Assembly: GCA_020633415.1 (NCBI GenBank)
Contig: JACKDQ010000007.1
Location: 17,507-81,506 of the forward strand
Reading direction: 5' to 3'
Source: Deltaproteobacteria bacterium
Lineage (GTDB): Bacteria > Myxococcota_A > Polyangia > GCA-2747355
DNA: 64,000 nucleotides
The translations under genes and the position numbers were made by a program. A model generated the notes under the pieces. That model was not told where the DNA came from. It did not search any database and saw only the letters and a program-made list of their open reading frames with translations. Of the stretch, positions 19,651 to 27,894 are shown piece after piece (the first letter of the stretch is position 1; every line of letters begins with the position of its first letter).

Positions 19651-20114
19651 GGATGATCATGCTCGGTCGACGATCGATCTGGTGCATGCTTGGTTGTCTG
19701 CTCTCAGCGGCCTGCGGTGGCGCTGACGGAGACCTTTCGGGCACTGCGGCGCGTGATTATGATTTGAGCTATTCGACGGTGCGCGTGCAACAGCAGCTCG
19801 CTGCAGGTGCGCCGGTAGCGATGCTCGTGCTCTATGAACGTGGCGGGCAGAACGACCGCGAGACCCCGGTCAAGCTGGTCGCCAACTGGCCGGTCGAGGT
19901 TGGCAAGAGCGTCGACCTGGTCAAGGGCGGCGCTTTGATCCACGTGGTCGCTGGTGGCGCGCAATTTCCCGACTTGATCGCGCCGAGCAGCGCGACCTTC
20001 CAGCAGTTCGGGCAGCCGGGTGAGCCGGCCAGCGGCGAGTTTTCTGCGACCTTCGTCGGCGGAACGACGCTCAATGGGAAGTTTTCCGCACAGCTAGAGG
20101 TAATCGGCCAATAG
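19647..20114 (+). CDS. small lipoprotein, unknown function
   Basis: Signal peptide/lipobox CMLGCLLSAACGG. The start overlaps the upstream stop (GTGA); the exact start (GTG 19647 or a nearby ATG) is uncertain. Confidence 0.55.
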   Translation: MRMIMLGRRSIWCMLGCLLSAACGGADGDLSGTAARDYDLSYSTVRVQQQLAAGAPVAMLVLYERGGQNDRETPVKLVANWPVEVGKSVDLVKGGALIHVVAGGAQFPDLIAPSSATFQQFGQPGEPASGEFSATFVGGTTLNGKFSAQLEVIGQ

Positions 20115-20181
20115 CGGGCCGGGCAGACGCCGGTTGGTCCGATGGCATCGCCGGCGGGGCAGGCGTCGTGCGCGGCCGCGC

Positions 20182-20889
20182 CTAGTTTGCTCCCTCTGCG
20201 CTGGGTGGCGGCACCGGCGCGGGCACGGGGGTCCTGGACGGAGTCCCGCCGATACGGTGCAGGTCTTCGAGCAGGGTGCCGATCCCCGGACAGTCTTTGA
20301 TCCCCTCGCAGATCTTTAGCGATGTCTCCGGGGGCATCGTCGGCTGCGGATGTTGACAGCTGACGCTGTCGACCACCGAGAGCGCCCAGTTGATGGCGGC
20401 GTTAAAACAGCTCTCTAGCTGGGCTACCGTGGCGTTGCATTGCGCCGGTGTCGCGCTATCGCAGGGGTCGTCGATCTTGATGTCGATCGGCGCGTTGCCG
20501 CCGAGACAGGCTTGGTACCGAGCGACGCAGGTGTTGTTCGTCGGTGGATCGCCATCGGGTGGCACGAAAGCCCGCCCCTCATCCGATGGTGGCGGCTGAG
20601 CGCCTGGCGTATTTTGCGGACTGTCCGTGTTGCGCGGCGTTGCCGATCCCTCGCTGGGCTGCGTGTCAGACATCCCATCGACGGCGGCGATCCGACAGAG
20701 TCGCTCCCGCGTCGCTTCGCGCTTCATCGTTGCCCGCATCGTGCTGCAGATCGCCTGCTGGTCGGTCAACTTGAGTTGCGAGACCTCTTGGGTCTTGTCG
20801 TCGACCGGGAAGACTGCGCTCACGGTGCGCTTTCCACAGCCTCCAGCGAGCAGGGCACAGCTCAGAGCGATATGAGTCATTAGGCGCAT
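20182..20889 (-). CDS. Cys-rich lipoprotein, unknown function
   Basis: MRLMTHIALSCALLAGGCGK lipobox, a Pro-rich linker and ten further Cys residues. Convergent with the lipoprotein operon. Confidence 0.6.
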   Translation of the reverse strand: MRLMTHIALSCALLAGGCGKRTVSAVFPVDDKTQEVSQLKLTDQQAICSTMRATMKREATRERLCRIAAVDGMSDTQPSEGSATPRNTDSPQNTPGAQPPPSDEGRAFVPPDGDPPTNNTCVARYQACLGGNAPIDIKIDDPCDSATPAQCNATVAQLESCFNAAINWALSVVDSVSCQHPQPTMPPETSLKICEGIKDCPGIGTLLEDLHRIGGTPSRTPVPAPVPPPSAEGAN

Positions 20890-21054
20890 TAGTCATTCTC
20901 CCGCGGGCAGCAAGCCCGGATTGCATGTCTTGTACGACGCTCAACGCGTCTTGGGCCGAAAAAAATCCGCCGATCGCGCCCCCGCGCTAAGTCAGCAACA
21001 CTAGTCGATGTTCTCTGCGCTGACCGTGAGCGCCATCACTGGCGGCGGTCTTTT

Positions 21055-21675
21055 TCACGCCGCCGTAGATGTTTCGACCAGCGGGCCCGGTACGCGATAG
21101 CCAAACAGGCCATGACCGATCCAGTGGGGTAGCAGCTCTGCTTCGCGGGAATGCTTTTCGCGACACAGCGCGTCGAGCACGCTTTGACTGAGCAGGTAGA
21201 TCTGGCCGTCGATCGCGCCGCGAGGAGCAGCCGCGGGCGACGCGAAACCGATCACTTCGGCAAGCTCATTGAGTACGACACGGGACTCTCGACTGGTATC
21301 GCAAACGTCGTGAAGCAGCATCGTCGCTTCAGCATCAGACCAGCGATGGAAGGCCAGCATGTCGATCAGGTCGACTTCCGCAAAGTGCGCGTTACCGACG
21401 ACCAACACCGGATCGGTATCCAGCTGGTCTTTGATCAGCACCAGGCTCTCGCGATGATCATCGGGGTGTTCACAGTCGGTGTAGCGCAGTTCCAACCGAC
21501 CGAAGCGCTCGCCGAAGTCGCGCTGTAGTTCCGCGAGTACGCCGTTGCCGCAAAAGATCGCTCGCTTGATCGACGCATCGAGCAGCACTTCCAGCAGGCG
21601 CTTCCAGCGCGCTGCGTCTGCCACCGGGCGATCGACCAAGATCGCAGCGACCGGCTTTCTTGCTGATGGGTGCAT
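21055..21675 (-). CDS. nucleotidyltransferase-fold-like protein (divergent, no canonical GxGxR)
   Basis: The layout VAAILVD....LLEVLLDASIKRAIFCGNG...LVVGNAHFAEVDL resembles sugar-phosphate nucleotidyltransferases. The N-terminal G-x-G-x-R loop reads VDRPVADAAR instead. Confidence 0.4.
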   Translation of the reverse strand: MHPSARKPVAAILVDRPVADAARWKRLLEVLLDASIKRAIFCGNGVLAELQRDFGERFGRLELRYTDCEHPDDHRESLVLIKDQLDTDPVLVVGNAHFAEVDLIDMLAFHRWSDAEATMLLHDVCDTSRESRVVLNELAEVIGFASPAAAPRGAIDGQIYLLSQSVLDALCREKHSREAELLPHWIGHGLFGYRVPGPLVETSTAA

Positions 21676-21881
21676 GCGTTGTCACCTAGCTAAGCGAATC
21701 TAGCTGATCTCAGCTCATGCATAACCCAGACCAGTGGAAGGGAATTACTCAGCTATCTGATTCGGATGACTTACGCCGCCGGCTTCTTCCGCGAGCCGTC
21801 AATCGACCGTCGATAGTGGCGAAAAGACGACACCCTGCTGGGGTGATTTGGCCCGCTTTGTCGCGCGCCTCGACCGGGCGG

Positions 21882-23234
21882 TTAGTTTTTCGGGCAGCCC
21901 CAGCTGCTACGGCTGTGACTGCCGTAGCCGCCTCCCAGCTCGCGATATCGGCGAGCCAAATCCGGGCCGATCTTTGCGGCCATCGCCTGCTCGACCTGAT
22001 CGCCATTGGTTGTCAACAGCCGCATCAGCCGCTCAGTCGTCGACTGCTGTCGCGACGGGTTGACGGCGACCAGTCCCGCGCGCTCGCGGGCCAGGCGTCG
22101 GAAGATCCCGCGGATCTCGTCGCGCGAAGACTTGTCCTGAATCTCCGCGATCAGCGCCGAAGGGGCGAGCTCGTCGACCGACTTGCTGTCGCCGGTCGCT
22201 TCGACATAAAGCGCGCGAAGTTGCTTCTGTAGCAAGGCATGTTGCCTGGCAAACACCGCGTTGATCAGCGCACGCTCGTCTTCATTTATGCCGAGTTCTT
22301 TGATGTGATTGCTGCTGGCCGTAGGTGGCGTCGATCCGTGGGATGGCATATCCCAGCGCAACTCGCAACGCTTGGCCATGTTGACGAGTTCCTCTTTGCT
22401 GAAGTTGAGCATCTTGCTCTTCGGTGGCTCACCCGGTTTAATGTCCAGTTGCTGCCGTAGACTCTGTAGCTCTGACGCCAGTTGTTGAGCCTTTTGGCGC
22501 AGAGCCCGGTTCTGCGCTAAGAGTTCAACCTGCGGGGTGTCGACGGCAGCCCCGCCGCGTTGCCAGCGGGCGGTTGTCGACACGCGTCGTGGCCGCTCGG
22601 CATCCGCCATATCGCTAATTCTGGGCGGCTGGTCAGCGCGCATTTCCGCGCGCTCGCCCGCTTTGATTTCAGCACCCCGATCTCGGCCGCTCGGTGTCGA
22701 GTAGACGCGGCCCTCGTAGACCGACACGACGACGATCGCTGACAGCGCTGCCCCGGCGGCCGCGCTCAGTGCGGTGTTGCCGATCGTTTTCTTGCTCATC
22801 GCTTTGACCTCCACGCGAAAACAGGTTCCCACTACGCGTACTGTTCCAGTGGGAGTGTTCACGATGAAGCTGCCAGCGGGTTCCACGCGATAAAAGACGT
22901 TGCCGCGTGTTTGCTGCACGCGCATTGTCCGCTGGGCATCGCGCGACCAACTCAGCATTGCGCCAGCTTCGGCCACTGCGGTGGCGCGATCGGCGAGAGC
23001 TAGCGTTGTCCGCTCGCGCTGTTGGCGGAGCTGGCCAGACGTCGGCGGATCGGAACGCACAACGACCAAGACCACCGTGAGGCAGGCGGCGATCGCTGTC
23101 ACGGCGCCGCAGAGCACCCAGCGCTGTCGCCTGCGTAGCGCGATACGCTGCACGCGCAGGCCGATGTCGGCCGGCGGACGCTGGGCGACGAATGCGGCAA
23201 GCAGCTCGCGGTCGCGTTGCTGGTCTTCGTTCAT
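21882..23234 (-). CDS. anti-sigma factor with FecR domain and long C-terminal extension
   Basis: Start overlaps the sigma-factor stop (ATGA). One TM helix (WVLCGAVTAIAACLTVVLVVV). FecR-like segment GNVFYRVEPAGSFIVNTPTGTVRVVGTCFRVEV, then a coiled coil and a roughly 180-aa domain of unknown function. Confidence 0.75.
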   Translation of the reverse strand: MNEDQQRDRELLAAFVAQRPPADIGLRVQRIALRRRQRWVLCGAVTAIAACLTVVLVVVRSDPPTSGQLRQQRERTTLALADRATAVAEAGAMLSWSRDAQRTMRVQQTRGNVFYRVEPAGSFIVNTPTGTVRVVGTCFRVEVKAMSKKTIGNTALSAAAGAALSAIVVVSVYEGRVYSTPSGRDRGAEIKAGERAEMRADQPPRISDMADAERPRRVSTTARWQRGGAAVDTPQVELLAQNRALRQKAQQLASELQSLRQQLDIKPGEPPKSKMLNFSKEELVNMAKRCELRWDMPSHGSTPPTASSNHIKELGINEDERALINAVFARQHALLQKQLRALYVEATGDSKSVDELAPSALIAEIQDKSSRDEIRGIFRRLARERAGLVAVNPSRQQSTTERLMRLLTTNGDQVEQAMAAKIGPDLARRYRELGGGYGSHSRSSWGCPKN

Positions 23235-23815
23235 CGCTCCACCTCGTCGAGACTTTGTCGCAGCGACTCCCGGGCCCGCGACAGGCGTGACTTGACCGTT
23301 CCTTTGGCGATGCCGAGGGTCTTGGCGATACTCTCAGTGTCTTCGTCGAAATAGACGCGCAGAACCAACACCGCCCGCTGATCGTCAGGCAGGTCTGCCA
23401 GTGCCCTAGCGACTTGGCGGTAACGTTGGCGGTTCTCCACCGACCGCTCGAGCCGCTCCTCGGCCGGCGGGTCGAAGTCGAGCGCGACGTGTGGGCGACG
23501 GCGTAACTCGTCGATGCAGCGGCGTGTGGCGATGGTCAGCATCCAGCTGGAGACCTTCGCCGGGCCATCGGGATCAAAGCGGTGGAGCGCCGTCAGTGTT
23601 CGCAGCAGGCTGTCCTGGGCGACGTCATCGATCGCGCTCGGGTCGCGCCCGACAAGCATTCGACTGACCAGTCCATAGACCGCCGGCGCATGACGCTCGA
23701 TCAGCCTTTCGCGGGCTTGCGCTTGCCCAGCGATCGCGTCGATCAGTTCCTGCCGTTCGTCGCTTCGCATTGTCGGGGAGGACCATGGCAGATCGGCGGC
23801 GTCATTCACAATCAC
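23231..23815 (-). CDS. ECF-type RNA polymerase sigma factor
   Basis: Region 2 (DVAQDSLLRTLTALHRFDP...SWMLTIATRRCIDELRR) and region 4 (DDQRAVLVLRVYFDEDTESIAKTLGIAKGTVKSRLSRARESL) are present. ATG 23770 is an alternative start if the candidate promoter below is real. Confidence 0.85.
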   Translation of the reverse strand: MIVNDAADLPWSSPTMRSDERQELIDAIAGQAQARERLIERHAPAVYGLVSRMLVGRDPSAIDDVAQDSLLRTLTALHRFDPDGPAKVSSWMLTIATRRCIDELRRRPHVALDFDPPAEERLERSVENRQRYRQVARALADLPDDQRAVLVLRVYFDEDTESIAKTLGIAKGTVKSRLSRARESLRQSLDEVER

Positions 23816-23817
23816 TT

Positions 23818-23843
23818 ACACGGTCACGAAAAGCTGAGGTTCC
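23818..23843 (-). promoter_or_regulatory. candidate ECF-type promoter GGAAC-N16-CGTGT
   Basis: The minus strand reads tGGAACctcagcttttcgtgacCGTGT immediately upstream of the ECF sigma gene, resembling the GGAAC/CGT pattern of autoregulated ECF promoters. Confidence 0.25.
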
Positions 23844-23933
23844 ACGACAAATAGACCGAAAATCTGACGGCGGCAACCGCTGCGGAATAGCGCTTGCGCC
23901 TGTGTTTCTAGCGCCTTTCACCTTTTGCGGCGT

Positions 23934-23949
23934 TGGCACCCGGTTCGCA
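23934..23949 (+). promoter_or_regulatory. candidate sigma-54 promoter TGGCAC-N5-TCGCA
   Basis: Exact -24 hexamer TGGCAC. GG (23935-23936) and GC (23947-23948) have the canonical 10-nt gap. GGAGG at 23966-23970 and GTG at 23978 follow. Confidence 0.45.
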
Positions 23950-23977
23950 GCAGGTTTCGCCCACCGGAGGGTTCACC

Positions 23978-24403
23978 GTGAAACTGTTCTACGCCATTTG
24001 TGTCGTTCTGTTCGGCTTGGGGTGTAACAACGAAGGTCCGATCGGCGCCGACAGCGCGATCTCCTTGCCGCGAGATGGTGCAGGTCTCGACCTCGGGCGC
24101 GACGCCGTCGTGCCGCTCGACAATCGGATCAGCAGCGATGGCGCGACTTCGACCGATGCGTCGCCGACGGATGCGTCGCTGTCCGACGGGCCGTCGAGCC
24201 CCAACTGCGGGCAACAGACCTGTCGCAGCGATCAGTATTGCCAAGTACAAGGCTGCAGCCAGCCGGGCTGTCAGCCTTCCGGCAGCTGTCACGCCCTGCC
24301 GTCGGGGTGCAAGAGCTGCTCCTGTGTGCAGCCACCTTTTCCGAGCTGCGTTTGTGAACAGAACGCTGCGGGACAGATCGTTTTCAGCTGCCCGGGATCA
24401 TAG
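23978..24403 (+). CDS. small Cys-rich lipoprotein
   Basis: GTG 23978 is preceded by GGAGG. The product starts VKLFYAICVVLFGLGC (lipobox) and carries 12 Cys in the last 66 residues. Confidence 0.6.
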   Translation: MKLFYAICVVLFGLGCNNEGPIGADSAISLPRDGAGLDLGRDAVVPLDNRISSDGATSTDASPTDASLSDGPSSPNCGQQTCRSDQYCQVQGCSQPGCQPSGSCHALPSGCKSCSCVQPPFPSCVCEQNAAGQIVFSCPGS

Positions 24404-24431
24404 CTCGAATGAGCTCTGCAGGTGGTCTGGG

Positions 24432-25223
24432 CTAGCTGGCGGTCTCGGCAGAGAAGCGCTTGGTCATCTGGCGCGCGTAAAAGCGCGGGGCGAAACGTGA
24501 GACGACCCAAGCGACCTTACCCACCGGCGAGGGCAGCAGCAGCTGTTTGCGCGCCTGGGCGGCGCTGTGGATCTTTGCGGCAACTGCTTCCGGCGACATC
24601 AACTTGCCGATGCCGACGCGTCTGGCGCCGAGCGGCTTGCCGTCCTTGTCGAGGGCGCGCTGCTCGATCGCCGTAGCGACAAACGATGGGCAGACGATAG
24701 TGATCGCCACCCCGTGCTCGTCGAGTTCAGCGCGCAGCGTATCGAACAGGCCGTGAAGTGCATACTTGCTCGCGGCGTAGCCGGTCCGTGCGTAAAGCGG
24801 CGCGAAGCCGGCGACGCTCGAGATCGTTACCACCTGCCCTCGGCGTGCGATCAGCGCTGACATCGCAAATTTGGTGCAGTACAGCGCCCCGAAGAAATTG
24901 ATCTCCATCACGCGCCGGAACACATCGAGGTCGGTGTCGATGAAGCGGCTACGGTGCGAGATGCCGGCGTTGTTTACCAGCACATCGATGCCGCCAAACT
25001 GCTGAACCACTTGGGCGATCGCTTGTTCGCACTGTTTGGCATCAGTGACGTCGCAAGCCAAGCCAAGCGTCTTGCCGCCCAACTGCTCAGCCGCAGCGCT
25101 GACACTCCCCGCGTCGATATCGAGCAGCGCAACGTCGCAGCCATCTGCGACGTAGCAGCGACCCAAGGCCAAGCCGATTCCGCCAGCACCACCAGTAATC
25201 ACTACACACTTCTTCTGCTGCAT
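24432..25223 (-). CDS. short-chain dehydrogenase/reductase (SDR)
   Basis: VVITGGAGGIGLALG cofactor motif, NNAG, and catalytic YAASKYAL. Confidence 0.9.
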   Translation of the reverse strand: MQQKKCVVITGGAGGIGLALGRCYVADGCDVALLDIDAGSVSAAAEQLGGKTLGLACDVTDAKQCEQAIAQVVQQFGGIDVLVNNAGISHRSRFIDTDLDVFRRVMEINFFGALYCTKFAMSALIARRGQVVTISSVAGFAPLYARTGYAASKYALHGLFDTLRAELDEHGVAITIVCPSFVATAIEQRALDKDGKPLGARRVGIGKLMSPEAVAAKIHSAAQARKQLLLPSPVGKVAWVVSRFAPRFYARQMTKRFSAETAS

Positions 25224-25264
25224 CTCGACGTCTCGCTGTTCGCTGGTTGATGTCGCTTGGTCGT

Positions 25265-27013
25265 CTAGCCCTCAGGCTCTTGGTGCATCGCCTTGAACTC
25301 CATCAAGCCCGGCGCCATCATGTGCAGCATCGGATCGACATCGACATGGATCACAGCCGGCTTACCCGAGGCTGTCGCACGCTCTAGTGCCGGCCGCAAC
25401 TGCTCGACTTCGCTAACGCGCTCACCGTGAGCACCCATCGCGATCGCAACCTGATCGAAGGCGATCTCGGAGAAGTCGGCGTTGAACGTCGGCTGTTTAG
25501 ACTCGACGCCAATGACCTTGCGAACTTGGCCGAGTGCGAAGCTTTGGGTGGTCTTGACCATGCCCCATTGCTTGTCGCAGAGCACGACCACCGTGAGCGG
25601 GAGCTCATGGCGTACGGCGGTCTCGATCTCTTGCAGGTGAAAGCCCATCGCACCGTCACCGATGATGCAGTAAACCTGCTTATCGGGGTGTGCTGCCTTG
25701 GCGCCCAGTGCCTGAGGGACACCCGCACCGAGCATGCCGAATTTGAACGTCGACAGCAGCGTGTTGGGCGCCTTCGTCGAGTGGTAGAAGTTGGTCCAGA
25801 CAGCGGTGTTGCCGCCGTCGACGACGCAGATCGCGTCGGCCGGGAAAAACTCGCGGCACGTCGTTGGCACGTGGGCCGGGTGCATCGGATTGCCGCGGTG
25901 GACCAGGACGCTGTTTAGCGCTTCGAGTAACGTGTCCCGCGTTTCGGCGATCTTGCTGAGCGTTTCGCGGCGCGCGCTAATGATCGCTTCTGAGCTGCCT
26001 TGTGCTTTGAGGCGCTCGATCAGTCCGGCCATCGCTAGTTTCGCGTCGGCCATCAGGCAGAGCTCGGCCGGCTTGTTGGCACCGAGCACCGTCTCGTCGA
26101 TGTCGATTTGAATCACCTGCTGATCGCGGGCCCAATAAGGTGCCTTGCCCCACCAATCGGTTTCGCCGACGCGCGAGCCAACAACGAGTACGACGTCGGC
26201 CTCGTTGCGGGCGAGCTTCGCTGCGTCGAGTGCTGCCGTCGGGATGCGCAGCGGATGTCGACAGGGCATACTCGCTGTTGCGCTCCAGCTGGTCGTCACC
26301 GCCGCCCCCAGCGTCTCGGCTAGCGTGCAGAGCTCGCTGTAGGCTTCGGCGTGCATCACGCCGGTGCCGGCGTGGATCAGCGGGAACTTTGCATCGCGCA
26401 GCAGCGCCGCCGCTCGATCGAGTCCGTCGGGATCGGGCTGCAGCCGACCGACGTTGCGATATTGTGCCGGGGTGCGCTGATCTTCGCGGGCGATCTCATA
26501 CGTGCCGTTGAGCACGTTTTCGGGCACATCGATGTGAACCAAGCCCGGCCGACCGCTGTAGGCGGCCCGCATCGCGTGGCGAAAGATCTCCGGGATGCGC
26601 GAAAAGTCGCTGGCGACCGCGCTGTACTTGGCCATCTTGCTGATCACTCCGACCTGGTCGAAGCACTGATAAGTGCCACCCCGGTCGGGGTAAGCGATGC
26701 CGCTGCGTCGGCTGCTGGTCAACAGCAGGACGCGATGGCCCTCGGCGTTCTCTACTGCGACGCCCGGCAGAATGTTGGCCACCCCAGGGCCATTGGATGC
26801 CATGCACACGCCCAATTTTCCGGTCATTCGGCTGTAGGCGCCGGCCATGTGGGCCGCAGATGTTTCGTGCCGTGGCGATATCAGGCGGATCTGGTACTTC
26901 TCAAAGCTCGCCTGGATTCCCATGTAAGTCCCGTCAATTATGCCAAAAACGGTATCAACGCCCTCTGCGGCTAGCATCTCAGCGATGATCTGTCCGCCCA
27001 TCACCTTGCGCAT
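25265..27013 (-). CDS. thiamine-diphosphate-dependent enzyme (acetolactate synthase-like family)
   Basis: The N-terminal IIAEMLAAEGVDTVFGIIDG and the C-terminal GDGAMGFHLQEIETAVR...VVVLCD TPP-binding motif are present. ATG 27013 has AAGGAG 9 nt upstream; the ORF track start is 27055. Confidence 0.85.
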   Translation of the reverse strand: MRKVMGGQIIAEMLAAEGVDTVFGIIDGTYMGIQASFEKYQIRLISPRHETSAAHMAGAYSRMTGKLGVCMASNGPGVANILPGVAVENAEGHRVLLLTSSRRSGIAYPDRGGTYQCFDQVGVISKMAKYSAVASDFSRIPEIFRHAMRAAYSGRPGLVHIDVPENVLNGTYEIAREDQRTPAQYRNVGRLQPDPDGLDRAAALLRDAKFPLIHAGTGVMHAEAYSELCTLAETLGAAVTTSWSATASMPCRHPLRIPTAALDAAKLARNEADVVLVVGSRVGETDWWGKAPYWARDQQVIQIDIDETVLGANKPAELCLMADAKLAMAGLIERLKAQGSSEAIISARRETLSKIAETRDTLLEALNSVLVHRGNPMHPAHVPTTCREFFPADAICVVDGGNTAVWTNFYHSTKAPNTLLSTFKFGMLGAGVPQALGAKAAHPDKQVYCIIGDGAMGFHLQEIETAVRHELPLTVVVLCDKQWGMVKTTQSFALGQVRKVIGVESKQPTFNADFSEIAFDQVAIAMGAHGERVSEVEQLRPALERATASGKPAVIHVDVDPMLHMMAPGLMEFKAMHQEPEG

Positions 27014-27083
27014 TGCATTCTGCTCCTTGTTCGCCAGATATAGATCGTTAACCATTCGGTTAACCCCTTATACTTAGCAGGAT

Positions 27084-27112
27084 TTGTCCGACCGGTCAAT
27101 AGCCGGTGACAA
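27084..27112. promoter_or_regulatory. imperfect palindrome TTGTCcgACCGGTcaatagCCGGTGACAA, candidate TetR operator
   Basis: Located in the divergent region between the TPP enzyme and the TetR gene. The arms are TTGTC..ACCGG / CCGGTGACAA. Confidence 0.3.
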
Positions 27113-27154
27113 CCTTTGGCTGGTTTGCACGGATCGGGTTACGATGGCGCCACT

Positions 27155-27748
27155 ATGGCTGAAACCGCTGACCGCATTCTTCAAGCTGCCGACGAACTGT
27201 TTTCTCTTCGTGGTTATGCCGCCGTCAGCGCGCGCGATATCGCCGAGCGCGCCGGCGTCAACAAGGCCCTGATCTTCTATTACTTCGAGAGTAAGGAGGC
27301 GCTGTTTCGCCGCGTCTTGGACCAGTACTACGAGGGCCACGTCAAGGCACTGGAGCTGCCGACCGAGGGCAGCTATCGCGAGCGGCTGCACACCTTGATC
27401 GACCACTATCTCGATTTCATCGAGGATAATTACCGTTATCTTCAATTGGTACAGCGCGAGATCATTGAGGGCTCAAGCCGGCTTCCCTACATCCAGCAAA
27501 ACGTGATGACGCTCTACAGCCGAGTGCGCGACCTGCTGGGTGACCTGGTGCCAGCCAGTGGCGCCCTCGACGCGCGGCAGTTCTTTGTGAGCTTTAGTGG
27601 TTTGATCAACACCTTCTACGTGAACGCACCGGTGTTGGGCGAACTCTGGGCGGGCCAGCAGATGGATGCGGCCCAACGCCTAGCCCGCCGCGAGCACCTT
27701 CACTGGATCGTCAACACCCTGCTTGACCGCCTAGAAAGCGGCAAATAG
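27155..27748 (+). CDS. TetR-family transcriptional regulator
   Basis: N-terminal HTH ILQAADELFSLRGYAAVSARDIAERAGVNKALIFYYFESKEALF. Confidence 0.85.
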   Translation: MAETADRILQAADELFSLRGYAAVSARDIAERAGVNKALIFYYFESKEALFRRVLDQYYEGHVKALELPTEGSYRERLHTLIDHYLDFIEDNYRYLQLVQREIIEGSSRLPYIQQNVMTLYSRVRDLLGDLVPASGALDARQFFVSFSGLINTFYVNAPVLGELWAGQQMDAAQRLARREHLHWIVNTLLDRLESGK

Positions 27749-27894
27749 CGCGGCGCGCCGGCCGCCTTCGCCGCTGCGATCATTGCCCGGTGGCCGTCCC
27801 GTCTGCCCGAGGTTGCCGGCGATGATGACCAATCGGTTAATGGCGAGCCTGGCGGGCATGGCAACGCTGTTCAGCGCTGCAGTGCTTTGAGCTG

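Noticed and set aside
20115-20181. Intrinsic terminator between the converging lipoprotein operon and the 20182 gene
   Set aside because: Only a 6-bp CGCCGG/CCGGCG stem with a 17-nt loop and no T-tract is present, which is not convincing.
23770-24027. 85-aa plus-strand ORF with a strong GGGGAGGA Shine-Dalgarno before ATG 23785
   Set aside because: Third-codon positions are mostly A/T, unlike real genes here. It spans the divergent promoter region and runs into the lipoprotein gene in another frame.
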